A stretch of DNA of 64,000 bases from Phoronis australis (GCA_002633005.1 NMRA01000061.1:493150-557149), one strand, 5' to 3'. Shown: positions 1 through 17,791, numbered from the stretch's first letter. Made by a program: numbers and translations. The notes: generated from the letters alone by a model not told the origin.

Positions 1-514
1 AATTTTGTTGAAGTGTGACCAAAATTGTGATGGAAATAAGTAGAAAATGAATTGCAAATTGTAAATGATTCTAGGATTAGCCAAGATTTTTTGCTTCATA
101 AGTTTTGTTGATTTTTGGGCAAGAAGATATGGTCAATTGTGTTTTAAAAACTCGCTTTACTTTAATTTATGATTCCTCTTACACATGCCTAGAATGATGA
201 ATTGTGGGAAAATTGTATGCTCAATGATACAGTGCCAGTTGTGTCCATAATTTCCATAGTTGATGATTTTAGATATCTGTGTGGGTTCTTCAACTTTTGA
301 AATAATCATATTGATCGTGTGCCGAGGCTGTGTCTGCACTGCTATACAACCTTAAATGATTTACATTTTATTTGTTGTCCCCTGCATCTTTTTCATACCT
401 CAACTTCAATCATATTTGTTGATTTTATGAAGAATGCAAATTTCACTCACGTCTATGTAAATACGACTCTATCTTACCTAAGACATAACTATATGCTAAT
501 TATCATACCTGTAG

Positions 515-4258
<3,744 letters not shown>

Positions 4259-6000
4259 AAATCAGCTGTGTATTTGTTCATTTGTTTATGAAGCTGTGGT
4301 GTGGTTCAGCCTGCTGTATGCTTACCATTAGCCGTCATGTAATGGCTAAAATTCTTAATAGCTCCTGCTTAAGTGGAACATTTTAAGATCAAATCCTCAA
4401 AGTGTTTTTGCGAACACCGCATAAAGAAAGTATCTGAAAGTTTCATATGGATGCAATCAAGCATTTCTGAAATATGATGCAAATTTTGATCATTTTTCAA
4501 GGGTCTTATGTATTGTAATCTTAACCGATTCTGGTTATTAATTTATTAACGGAATTTATATTGCTATTAATTTATTAACCCCATTAAGCCTGAACCTGAT
4601 GCTGAAATGGTCCAGTGGCCACTACCTGAGCTGTGATTTGCTACTCTCCCCTTTCCTTCCTAAAATAATGAATGGTCCTCAACTGGAATGGCAAATTATT
4701 GCATTTCTATTGTCTAACAGTGCTTATGGATGTCAATTAAACAAAAATCATTTGGTCAGATTGTTTTTGATTGGAAATTGATGTTCATAGACCCATTAAT
4801 GTAATAACTGCAAGCTGTTTCGATATGAAGTCATTTTGTTATTTCAAAGTTCTTTCATAAATACTCGGAATATTCTTGAAGTTTCTGGTATACTATTAAT
4901 AAACACACCATAAACTTTATTACATTGTGTCATTTAATGAGAACCATTCATTCTCATGCACTCAAAACCCTTCTGAGCAGGGGTCACTCTCATTCTTGGA
5001 AACTAATACAATAAGAAAACGTAGGGGCCTTCTCTCGAAATTTCCAGTGTTGGAGTTTTATGAAGCATTTGTTTTAAATTTAACGTATCAAAGAGTTTTT
5101 TCCTATGAATTTGATGAATGTAAAAAATATAGTCAGGTTTGGACACTGTGCAAAATTCTATACAGAAACATTCAGACCCTTGGCTGCAAGATAGTTCTAC
5201 AGGCTAATTATTTTTTCAAATTCTAATTAAACCTGACTGCTTAACGCATGATTTTACCATTTATTTGCCTATAAATCAAAATTAAGCTGAATAAGAAAGT
5301 TGCATAGTAGGATGTTTATTGAAATTGTACAAATATTTTGGTGGAAACAATTCCAACTCTAGTCAGTTAACGACTTGACCCTTACAACAAACCACTGCAA
5401 ACCCTGCAGAAAGAGCCAGGTACGAGCCCCAGTCGGACAAAGATCTTTTCAGACTTGACTATAGATCACGTGACGTGACCAACATATGGCGTGTTAGATC
5501 GACCAACTTGTATCATATCAATGGGCTGATTAATTACAGCACACCCAGTTTACCATGCGTGAATCGAATGTCAAAGGGACAGTAATCCCGCTAAATTTTG
5601 ATTTAGGCGGCTTACTGTTATGAAATGGGTCTCATCTTGCCGCTTACTCAAATTAGAAGTTATTTTAGGTTTGAGAGTAATTGACACGTCGTTATTGCGT
5701 CAGAGCAGGTTCATTAAAGTTGTTCCCTCAGGTGGGGATTTCGCCAAGATGGTACATTATATGACCGTCAAGGGATTCCAGGCGATATGTTGTAACCAAT
5801 TTCAATTCAACCAAAGGATGAGAACGTAATGACGCTGCTTTGGACTGAAGAGCAGATTGGCCTTAAAAAATAAATAGTTTTTATTGTGTTACAACGCCAT
5901 GATGGTTTACGACAGCAATTCCTGTACAACTGCTACGATGGCGTTCTTAAGTTGCGAACCTCTTGAAAATGGGCGAGTCACCCGTTTGGCCATGAATTTA

Positions 6001-9000
6001 CTATCGTTTTGTAGATACTTCTCCTTCAAACTCGTCTGATTCTGCAGAATATGAATGAGTGCTGAAGTTGCTAGCAAGAGTGTCTGTGCGCGGCCGTATC
6101 AGCCGTGTCGTTTCGTCCACATTTGCGTCCTCAGAGGTGTGTCGTGAAGAGTAACGGACTTTGATTCCGGAATCTTCGTTGTCAAAGTCTCCGTCCTCTA
6201 CCGTCCCCTTCTCGACTTCGTCTTTGACGTCAACAAATTTCCGCCTATAGATCCAGATAGACCATAGGCCCAATAAGAACGTCTCAGGTATTAGTAGCCA
6301 ATGGTGGAGAGCTGAGGATATGAAATCAGAAAGTCTAGTTAATGTTTTTGATTTACCTGTCTACACTTGAACGGAAGTGACCAAGAAAATAGTGCGTCCG
6401 TTGTTACCAACCCCTTAAAGGACTGGTTCAGTATTCACGTCTCGCCAAAAATTTCTGTTTCTTTATGGAGATCATTGATAGATATTATTGATGTCATCAG
6501 CTGAGTTTGGACCGTCCCTTGGTTCACCATAATTTGGCAAGTGGTACGTGAGCCTTCTGTTTAGAATTGACTTACAGTAAGTGGAGTCACGAAATTCAAT
6601 TTATTAGTACGAGGTCGTGTAATCTTGAAATATGGAAAACTTTCTGTAGGTTAGCAAAGCGCGATGCATATGCAGTCATGTAGTCTGCACGCATACAGTC
6701 CCGCAGATTGCCGTATGACCGCTTTAAATAAAATCGAATCGGAAAATTATCCGATTATAGGCCCATCGGAGCCAATTTTTGGAATCACACAGTTTGGGTT
6801 GATTCCTAAATGAACTGGGTCGGACAGTCAAGACATTTGATGAGAGGCAGTGTTCAGACGTTAACAACACTTTTCTAGCTTGTCCAGTTTGTTATGGTGG
6901 TGCACTTTATGATACACCATTCTATGCATTCTTTCACAGCACGTGATACGAAAGGTTTCAGTATAGGTGGCGCTGTGTCAGCGGGTAGGCCTACACCTTT
7001 CCATAGGCCCCCGCCCCCCGTCTCCGCCGGGTTATTCTGAGTTCGAAACATATACGCCCTGAGAAAAATTTACACTCTGCCAACAGGCTGCTGATGGCAT
7101 GTTGATATTTGTCTCACCTGAACCACTAGTTACGTAAGAAAGCGGCGGTCGACAAGGTATTGCACGTACTCCGGCCACGATGCCAATAACCAAGTTCTGA
7201 AGACCGCAACATATCAGCAGCAACTGTAGGACAGCGTATTTCGCCCCCACCCTGTATTTGACGAGAGGGAAGCGCGAAACGCGCACCATTAGCGTCAAGC
7301 CATAGAGACCTAGAAGCTGTGAGAACGTGTTTAAGATCGTAAGGTACAGCGCCGGTGTGGTCGGTGACAACTGGAAACGAGAAAAAAGCGTGACGAGTCG
7401 CTTTTGTTTTTGCAGATTGAACGCCTTTGTTAACAAGCCACGAAACACTCATAAATGGCTACTTGAAGCGTTTTGGTTGAGTTGAAATGCGTTTAACTTA
7501 ACTGTTGTGTAACAAAGTAACGATGGCACTATGTAGTCTAACGCGGATATTACATTTTCAACGGAAAAGTGGCGTCTCACGTTTACAGGTAGATTCAATT
7601 TTTGCACAGATATTTTCAAGTGTGACTGGTTTAAAAAATCAAACAGTTATCTCAGTTTAGGACTGAAAGGATAGATATTTAATTTGAACTTTCTATTGAC
7701 TGTTTAGTTACTCTGCTGCTGTAGTTTTCAAAGTACTCACGTTGGATGGACTGTAACCTCCGTTGTCCCAAAAGATTAACGTTAACATCATTACAGCAGA
7801 TCGCACAATTTGAGCCTGCTCAACTGAGTACTTTATGAAACGGAAGTTTCTTCTGAAATATCATGGCAAAAGCGATTAACAGCGGCGCTGCGTTCCGTAG
7901 ACGGGAGTGAAGCTAGTGTGGTTATGTGACTGGCTTATGCATGGCGATATCTTGCAAAGTCGTGCGTGATCTTGCGTTTTCGCGAGTTTCTTGGGTCTAC
8001 GGAACGCAGTTCGCTGTGGTTTTATACACGTGAAGATACGACTGTTATGAGCGCTTGCATGTTCAGCTTATTAATCAGTTTAGAACATGTGAGTAAGTGA
8101 CTGCAGAGAAAGCTGCGGAATTTTTAGAACAGCTCGGCTTTTTCGGTGCATTGCACGGTCTCGCGATATTTCTTACTGTGATATAGAATTAAATTTCGTT
8201 TACCAACTCGACTCGGAGTCACAACAAACAAAACATTTTTTTTTCTAGACCTTTGCCGTCCAATCTTCATTTTTTCAACTGCAACAACTACTTTCAAAAC
8301 ATCTCATATCGCTTCGGCCGAGTTTTTGTATTACCGTCGGAAGAGGCTGCGCGTCTCAAACCAGAAGAGTTTTAGTTGAGAATACTTCCATTTCTCTGGT
8401 AAAACACTAATTACAAAATAGCCCATGACGAAAGTCATTTTAAATAAAATCACGGTTTAGTATCCCTTTAATAAAATAGCCCGCATTTCAAAAAGGTAAT
8501 TCAAACACAATGAATCAAAACTACCTCGTAACTTTAATATCTGGTAAAAACGGGAGACAGCAGCCGAGAGGTGGCGCAGTCAGTCGCACTCTGTCTTTCA
8601 CCAGCTTTATAATCATTTTTCTTTCACCACCGTAGTATTTCACCATCAGCATCAACAGCTTGTTTTGGCAAATAGCCAAGTAACTGGAAAGGAATGAAGC
8701 TGTACAAACAGCTCACGATGACGATTAAATCGTGTAACTTTAAACGATTTTCGCAATGTAAAACATGAGAAAACTAGCCGACATCTTGCCTGCAGCCAAA
8801 AGTCGGAGAACGAGTTTGACAAATTAATGCAACCGTTTTCATTATGTGTGATTTAAGTCTTCTTTTTTGCATATAATTCCATGATGTAGGACCGTGACTG
8901 AAAACAAAGATTTTGGTGATCTGGGTTTGTTCAAGCGAATAGCAATCTGAATGTACATTGACTTGGGCCAAGTTGGAGTCGTAACTTCCGGTTAGTGCAG

Positions 9001-12000
9001 ATTCGTAGTAGCAATGAAAAATAGTTGCTACCGTGTAATGTGGCTGGTTTAAGGTAAAATTTTAAGGTGTGTAGCTCAAATTAACAACCAAGCCATCGGG
9101 AAACGAAGCCTTCACTTAGACCTCAATTACGCATAGCCATTTCGTTCATCCATAAAGTCCCGCCACGCGCCCCTAATTCGGTCAAGACGAAATCGCAAAC
9201 TTGAAACTGGAATAAGCTGTTAGTGGCGGTGAATCTCTCCGTCGAAGCAATCAATGGGCTTCATTTGGTACAGGATTCTATTATGTGCAACTTGGATGCT
9301 AACTCGCCGTACTATGTAAATAAAACAAAACAGGAACTAAGGACGGCAATGAATTGCAAAAATGGCACCGCGTGGGTTTTAAAAGTCAGTCGGCTAACAA
9401 TTACCAAGGGAACACACAGTACTTAAACAGGTTTGCAATGAAACATTAGTTTTTTTCTCACATCGATTGTTGGAAAATATGAAATGTTGGATGGCAATGT
9501 AACTTACACGTTGGACATTTGATCGCACGTGACACTTGCTCGTGGTATTATGATCGCTATCATTGCCGAAGCGCAGAAAAACTGAAAGATGAACGACAAA
9601 ACAGTCATAGGTTTGCTGTTAAACCATTAAAAATATAGCCAGTTAATAAATTCAATGTCGTAGAAAAGTTATACCATTCTTTCAGTTGACTGCGAGGTGC
9701 AATCGTTGCCAAATCTTGAAATAAATATCTGGGGGCTCTCACTAATTCGCCACATGAATGTTCCTGTGGTAAAGACACGTCCAGTCTCTCATTAGTGATG
9801 TGTTTTTGTGTGACAAAGACGGTGTCGTTAACACAACTTTGGTATATGGTGGCAAATAAAATAATAATCCACTGAGAGATTTGGATCCACTGACAACCAC
9901 TTCCTCACTTAAGTTAAATTCGGTGATGTCGATCTGCTGTCAGTGTTCAGCAGCAAACGGTAATTATTTCATTGTACAGGAAACAATTCCTTGTACTTGA
10001 AACTACAACCCTTGTCATGTTTCGGTTCTCAAGCTGACTTTCATAAGTGGTTGATTAAAGGTGTCATAAACCCACTTTCTTTCAAAAGATCGTTAGATTT
10101 AGGTCACTTATCGTTGTAAACCGGGTAGAGTTCAGTAGAGCGAGGACCTCGCTTAAACCTCCTAAAAAACAAGACTTCGAGAGATTACACAACGTATTTT
10201 CAATTGAATGAGAGCACGTCATTTTGGCTGGATTTTTCTCGCCGCAAGACAGCTATTGAACTCTACCCCGCTCTGGGATTAGAAGTGACTAGGGGCCTGG
10301 GTCTCAAAGAGTCCATTGGCTTTCGGCAAAAAATTAGTCTACGGCTTAACCTGTTTTACGAAAATTAGACAAAGGCTAAAATCTGTCTACAATTCGGAGC
10401 CGTAAGACAGAAATCTGTAGTATACTCGAATAGACAGAAGACAAACCGTTTCGAAATACGCATAAGACAAAATAACTTTTGACTAAAGACAAAATTCAAT
10501 ATTCTTCGAGTAACACGTCTCGGGGTAGGAAAACTCATCAACAAGTTGGCTCCATTCGGCTGGTCGCTTTATGCGTCGAGCATATGTACTCAAGACGATA
10601 GTTCTTCAAAAAATACCGAAACATGCCTAATCGAAGTGAATGCATTTTGACCAATTTCGCGACAATACGTTTTTACCTAAGATTGGTTTATTACAGCTTT
10701 AAGTACCTACCGTGATGACAGTGGCCTAAAATAACTCTGACAATAACACGAGGACGGTGGAGGGTATTTTTTGCCATAAAAGACGCACCAGTACTCACCG
10801 GAAAAACTCCTTGAAGCCATGTTGTTAAATATCGTGTTCTGAAGGATGAGAAATTCTTCCAGACGAAGATTACTTGTTCGACGAATATACCAATGCTCCC
10901 GATGGTTAACACCCCCACTAGCGACAGAAGGAACTGGTCCACGACGGAAGAATCTGAGCAGATATTGAAAATTATCGGTTTGTTGCTTCGCTGAAAGACC
11001 AAACTTGAAAAACTGATGTAATCACTTCTAAATCATAAGCCATGTTTGAAAATAATGTTTAAATAACATTTTCAAGTGTTCGTGATTGCTTTTAATTGTA
11101 CGCTGCGGTCTTAGTGGCCATTGCTCGGCAAGCTTGCTGACAAAACTAACTTGTAAGCTTGATGTAACGACATATACGTTGTGGAGTGTATAATCCTTAA
11201 ACTTTTAGATTTTATATCTCCCAAAGATAATCCTTTATCTGCTCGAATCAAGACAGTTTCCAGTACTATCTTTTCAGTTAATAATAAAGGCACAATATTA
11301 ATCTCGAAAAACCAAATGCACTCAAAATACGGGCTCACGGGCAGCCATTTCAACTAGTGGAGCGGGCTTAGTTCGGGCGGTTTCGTTTAACACAGGACAT
11401 TACAACTTCAATAAAATACACATCTGTCAACATCAGTATAATAAATTATATATTTTTAAATCCACTAAACTGAACACCAATGCATCAAAACAGGTCACTG
11501 GTTTACTTTACATTCGCATACTCGAGTAAATCATTGTTCACACGAAATTATCATCGTCAAGAATATCTGACGTTCCATTAAGTCAGTATTCGATCACCGT
11601 ACAATAGACATTGAAAATGAGTGGTTATTGTTCGAACATCTTGATTCTCTCCCCATAAAATACAATTAGCAAACCGTTGGTTCTTTCTACAATCCCTTTG
11701 CCACTTGCAGATCCACTAAGGATCCAGTGCCTGGTTGCATGTAACGGTCCCAAATAGGGACTCAAAGTTCCGTAAATTTTCACAGCATTTACGGACTTGT
11801 GAAGATTGTCGGAAATTCTGTCTTGTTTTCAGCTTTGATACACACTGAGAGTAATCTTTACGATGAATTCGCGACATTATTCAAAATAAATACGAGCTCT
11901 CCTCCATGCAATGTAGTTGCTTTTGTTGAAATACATGCTCCGAGTTATTAGATAATAACGTACGTAATAGCCCAGCCCGTATAGCCTACTATTAATACAA

Positions 12001-12843
12001 ATAGAGTGACGTAGAAAACCAAAACATTTGAGAATAATCGAACACACAAATGGGCAGACGTTTTAGGGGATTTAGTTGAATCTTTTGAAACTGTTTCGTG
12101 CAAGCAAGCACAGGGATCTGTGACCGGTTGCATGAAACAGTCCCAAATAGGGACTCAACTAAGTTCACTAAATCTTTTTCGTATTTGTTTCGTTCTTTAG
12201 GCACATATGTAATGTTTTTCTATAATTTTATCTTTATTATGAGCTCTTCTTTGAATAATGACATTTTCTAATAATGATTAACTTAACATTGAGCACTTAG
12301 TTCAATCAAAATAATTAGGAACTTAGTCCTTAAATTGGGTGCGTGGCATGAAAAGATCCCTACATATTTTCAATAATATTGAGAATTCAACGTCAAGTTC
12401 GCTCTCGATTTGTAACAAAACTAAAAGTTAACCTAGTAATAAAACTAAAACAGCAAAATAAGAAAGGACAGTTGGTGATTTCACAAGTTCAGAATTACAC
12501 AGTAGATTTAAGGAACTTAACTGAGTCCCTCTTGGGACTGTTTCATGCAATCCGACACTCACTGGCACTGGACCCCTCCTCCAGTTCATCGGCCACGTGT
12601 GACTTCTTCAGTGTATTAGAACAATAGAGACCAAATGCCCCTTATGTCTAACCATTGTCATACGACCAGTGGCCCTGAACCTAGCTATAGATCCAGACCT
12701 GTAGTATACGAGGACGAATTCGGTTTGCCGTATCGATCATACATAGGTGTACGGAATATTTGAGGCATTTTCGTACCTGCGATGAGTTGAATCACTTCTT
12801 CGAATGGTGGAATCGTTTCGTCCGTACAGTTCTCGGCCGACAT
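6001..12843 (-). CDS. SLC51A: Organic solute transporter alpha-like protein (SLC51A/OST-alpha family), 7 exons, 376 aa
   Basis: Minus-strand exons 12843-12777 (MSAENCTDETIPPFEEV), 10953-10799, 9581-9508 (IIPRAS), 8683-8525 (YYGGE...APPLGCCLPFLP), 7852-7741, 7370-7118 (AKYAVLQL...IPCRPPLS), 6311-6001 (HHWLLIPETFLLGL...TAG). All GT-AG, phases consistent, total 1131 nt. Multiple hydrophobic segments and family motifs (IPR, GG, PxxCC, K..LQ, IPCxPP). One-to-one orthology is uncertain because invertebrates often have several copies. Confidence 0.88.
7879..8017. repeat. Inverted repeat / MITE-like element in an SLC51A intron
   Basis: Perfect 15-bp arms CTGCGTTCCGTAGAC (7888-7902) and GTCTACGGAACGCAG (7995-8009), extendable to acagcg...cgctgt. 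Confidence 0.75.
10123..10268. repeat. Inverted repeat / MITE-like element
   Basis: gggtagagttcagtag pairs with ctattgaactctaccc (15/16). Confidence 0.65.
11720..12575. repeat. Three copies of a ~45-bp end sequence (two direct, one inverted); nested or adjacent non-autonomous DNA transposon ends
   Basis: ttgcatg(t/a)aac(g/a)gtcccaaatagggactcaa at about 11735 and 12128; reverse complement gagtccctcttgggactgtttcatgcaa at about 12523-12550. Confidence 0.7.
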
Positions 12844-14790
12844 CGCCGGTCCTTCAGTCTGTGTCCACCCGTTCCCTTCTCAAACATCCAGTCACTGTTA
12901 TTGAGCGTCAAAATTACCCTACAAAAATCCTGATGGTATGATATCTCATTACGACGCACTTTAGAAAGGAATTTGCTTAATGCTTAAGACACTGGAACTC
13001 TTTAAACCTAATATTACTTTTGAGATTGTTTTAGTAAGCAGTACTGATAACAAAGAGATTTTCAGTTATCCATTCTGATGCCGAGCAAACGTGCGGTTAA
13101 GCTTTGGTGTCAACAGATATTACCGGTCTCTCGGTATTTATGAGCCACGGAAGGTTTTTACTTACATGTATTTCATTGGTTGATATATCTCAGGTGAGGC
13201 TCTCTGCCAAGTGTTACGAGTCATGTAATATAACTGTTTATGTCGGTTTATCAGTTTTTCTGCATGGAACGGATAACTGACTCTAATAACGTGGAGCACT
13301 GGTTTGGTCACTGGTGCTAGTTGCATTGTACGTCTTGTTCCGGAGACGCAGCCGCTACAATATATTCAGTTTTGTTTATTTTGTGCCTCGATCAGAACTC
13401 CCCAACGCTGGCTTAGCAGTTGTTTTATTATATATTCAGCTTGTATATTGACGTTGTGCCTTTATCTGTCTGACCTACTATACCTCATTTCTTGCGCAAG
13501 CGACTCTCATGACCAGTCCTAGACATTTGTAGATAAAAATCTTCTCTTAAAACAAAGTTATTCGAACATATGTTAAGACGATTTTCTTTNCGTTACTTAT
13601 GCTTCCCGTTGCAAGTCCCCGTGACTCCGGTGTCACGGTGGCTCACTGCAGCGAAATACTGTAGTCCGTGTCACTAATTAAGGCATGATAGTAACCTAGC
13701 TTTTCACCAGTAGTAGGCCTAACACATGAAACAATGACGTTTCAGTGGCGATTAGATCATGCCAAAATCGTGAAATTCTACCGTAGAAATATCTTTTGCC
13801 TAGAATAAATCAAGTTTGCAGTGTTGCAATAGTGATGAACTCCGTCCACTGACTTGTCTATGAATTGAAGTAACATCATAGCACACCTCTTAAATGATTT
13901 TCATACAAAATGGAGCAGCATTTGGCCTCAAAAGTGCACTCTTGGTCATTGTGAGCGCTCTGTGGCTCAACGACACTCTTACCTATGTTCTCATTCAACT
14001 GCCTGTCTATTAGTCGTGGCTACTGACATGCATTGTGTGTACTGTCGACAATTCCAGTCATATGTAATTGGACAACTAAACAATAGGAATTGCATTGGGA
14101 TACACAAGATCTCCTCAAGAACACCTCATGTGGGAAATTGAACAAGCATTTTCCTCGCATGGCATCAAATGTTTTCCAAGGAATCTAATATCTACGTGAG
14201 TCACTGCAAAATTTGTGGGCTGGTGTCCCAACCAACGAAGTACCTGCCATATGCTATCACAATTAGCAGTACCGGTAAAAGTGTGACACCACCCAGCAGA
14301 ACAAGCTAAGATTGCTTTACAAAATGTGTATGCCAGAATTGAGATTCGAGATGGCGGTAATATTATTCTTAAACACAAGACGTCACTCACCTATTCACTG
14401 GTCAACCATAGCCATCCGTCTCCTGATGTAATGATCCTATCTCGACCCATACCTTGTGTGAGACAACAAAGTCCAACTAGTCTGGCGTCGGTAAACATCA
14501 CGAACAGTTATCGCAGTGCTAAGTTGCTCACTTAAGTCATTCTTGTTTGGGTTGTAATAAAAGATGTTGCGACGCTAAACCCGCGTTTTTTACAAAATAG
14601 TAAGTCTGTGGTTCTTAGGTATAAAACAGTCGTGCCTTAGTTTTTATTGGTTAAGAATTCATTTAACATAGCTAATGAATGTGGGTCAACATGAAGGCGC
14701 ATTTTCAGAAATTTATTCTGTTGTCTTGTTGATGCAACCTCTTTGAAATGACCTTGATGAGTATACGTCCCGGCTCATTGCTGTGTTGCA

Positions 14791-15019
14791 CATGGGCGCA
14801 CCCAGGGTGGGGGGCTCGGTGGACTCGAATTGGGCAAAAAGTGAAATAAAAAGTCCGAGAAAACGAGACAAAAGTCCAGAAAGTCCACAGGAATTCGGCA
14901 GATGTCGTAGGCCTGTTTTCTTTCTTTTTTTTTTAATCCTCATACATTTTCTTCCGTAAAAGGTCCGCACAGCGAGAAATTCGAGCCCACCCCCTATACT
15001 TAGGCTGGGTTCGCGCATG
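14791..15019. mobile_element. MITE with CATG termini and 5-bp TSD (TTGCA)
   Basis: TIRs catgggcgcacccag / ctgggttcgcgcatg, inner ggtggggggctcg / cgagcccacccc, TTGCA at 14786-14790 and 15020-15024. Confidence 0.7.
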
Positions 15020-16901
15020 TTGCAAGTATGCAAAGTGTGTTCGATTCGCACAGCCTACTTGGCATCCATTGCACCTTGTTTAAGTTGGAAATGCTCCATT
15101 TTCAGCATGTTTCCGCAGATCGAGGTTACCAACATTTCGAACAATAATGCAACGACTTTATTGTTGGACAAATCCTAGTAGTTTCGCTGTTGCTGCAAAA
15201 CTTGATATCGATACAAAGATTTATCATGTATCAGTTGAGCACATGTCAATAGTTTAGCGATTTTTTGGAACGAGGGCGAATTATAGCTTGCGTGGTGACT
15301 GAAAAACATAGAAAAACTGACCGTGGTCTAAAAATGCAAACGCGATTTAAAAAGTTTTGGTTGTTTATAGGCAGTGCCATTAAACAAAATAACCGCCATT
15401 AACTGTCAAACTAAAATGACCAATTGATGCACAAAACGCTCTTCCTTTCAAGGATCCTGGAGGAATGCGTTCAAAATACCACCAGTTGCTTTTTTGTTCA
15501 CGAAAACTGCGGGCACCCATGGGCGCTTTCTAGTGATTCTAGCTTTATTGGAAAATCCCTAGTAGTGTTTGAAAACCAAAGCAGATATTTCCCCACCGAA
15601 GGGAATTTGAGACAGTTGACAGTGGAGGCTGATACCTGATCTTTGGTAGCCATACCAAAGCTTTTTGAGTCACGCTTGAACTAGCTTCATCACAAATTGG
15701 CGCCTCTTAGGTTGGCTGGGGATTTTAAGTTTTGCGGCTACACATGAAGGCTACCAATGAGATTTGTTGGACTTTTGAGTCTGATGTGATTAGCTTGCAA
15801 CCGGGAAGATGAAGCTGGGCAGGAAATTCAGAACCCTTCAGACATTTTAGACTTGTAAAAAGTGGCTGGTGATTTCTTTACTTTGGAGAGTTTTAGCAGT
15901 CTGTATGCAACCTCACAAGTCGTAATGATCGCATTCTAATGAGGGCTTTTTAAATTTAATTGGGGTGCAAACTGCCGATTTGGTGTATTAAGTAGTGTAT
16001 TAACCCTGCTTCTTTAAAAGTAGTCGGCCCCACTTGTAGTCGCATGGTGAAGGATGGAAAAAGGGCTTTGAAATCAGTTTCAATGGACCGTTTGTACTAG
16101 GGTTTTGAAGTCTTTGGTCTACTAATCTGTTTTCATTTTAATTCTGGTTTTGTACTCCCCGTGGAACAGGTTAGAGTTTTGGAGCTGCGGTATAATCCGG
16201 CCTAAGGGTCATCGAGTGCGACCTTGGACTAGACACGTATGCGTAATACCCTTTACAACATGATGTTCTCGCGCACGGAATAGTAATTACTTATCTCGAG
16301 TTCGCATGAAAGTAGAATAGAAAATGCCGGAACGAGGAAAGCTCGTAGAATTTTAGCAAGCTGCTATTAATTAAGTCACATTTCTATGTCTTCACTGTAA
16401 AATTTGGCAAAAAAGAAATGTACATCGATACATGTAGCAAAACAAAGGTATCAATAACAAGATCAAATCTCATTTGATTTAAATGTTCAACGTGAAATCT
16501 CAAAAACGCCGTTACAGTTTTTTTTTTGAAATTATCATTTTATTTTCGCTCTGTGCAAAGTTTGAATTTAATTCATGAAAAATTTAAAGTCCTTTTTTGA
16601 AATCCCCTCATGTAAAGTGGAACATTTTGAAAATAATTACAAATTACAGCATGTTAGACGACAATGTATAAAGCAAAGTATCTGAAAGTTTGATGTGAAT
16701 CTCATTGGCATTTCTGAGATTTAGTGTTACGATAGTAGCAAAACTTTGACATTTTTCTGGGGTCCAACGTAACCGTAAGAACTTCTTGACTTAGTTACCA
16801 GCGATTATACCTTTGCGTGTTGCTCAAATCCATAGAACGATGTGTGTCAGTAAATGTTGACTAGCATACTTTGACGTAAACCAAGAAACTACTGCAAATA
16901 A

Positions 16902-16903
<2 letters not shown>

Positions 16904-16963
<60 letters not shown>

Positions 16964-16966
16964 CGT

Positions 16967-17000
<34 letters not shown>
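16904..17000. repeat. Compound (GT)n/(GCGTGT)n microsatellite
   Basis: Directly visible. Confidence 0.95.
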
Positions 17001-17791
17001 TTATTTGCTGGGACGGGTCCGTTCGGAATATGTAGGTCCAGATTGGTTGGAAAGAGGCGAGCAATTTGAAATAGAGTAACTTTAAAGTTGAAATCTACCC
17101 TTAAGCTCGTTGGCCAATGAGCTTTGCCAGGGCTACGTGTAACAGTCCTTATTGTTTTTAAAAATGAACAAATATATTCAGCACATTTGCAGCATTTGTT
17201 AGCGTGTGCAGTTTTTGAAGAAATCGTCATATTTTGTCCATATGACCATTTTGGGGTGCTTCTTCGTTCGCGGGTGATATAGGGCGAGCAACCTTGACCG
17301 CATTAACCTTAATGGGTATGCATAATTTGGTCCTTATGAGGTCCTAATACATGCAACCATTTTGTAATAGTATCTGGCGATGTTTTTCTTGATCCCGTTG
17401 TAAGTGAGGATGCTCGATTTATTTTCGTCCTTGCACTCAGGTCAAGGTCATGTGATAATTCTCACCATATTCAATGTGCAGCATGCATGTAAGTTTCATA
17501 ATCAATCAAAATTCTTTGACCGATTGGAGATGACTTTCCTAAGTAAATCTAGCATCCTGCCTTGCATAGAAAACAAGCAAAATCTTCAGATTCTGCTCAT
17601 ACAAGTTCAGGAGATACGCTTACATATGATCTATGCAAATTAGGGTCTAATGAGTACCTGTAATTGCTTGCCCTATATCAGGGTAGAAAAAGCGCTTCAT
17701 AGACAGAATAGATCGATTTCCTCAAAAAGCTCCACACGTTTGCTCTATTTCGACTCGTAGCTCTTGCACTAATAAAAAGCTCTTGAGCTGG

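Noticed and set aside
13590-13590. Single ambiguous base n
   Set aside because: Assembly ambiguity, not a biological feature.
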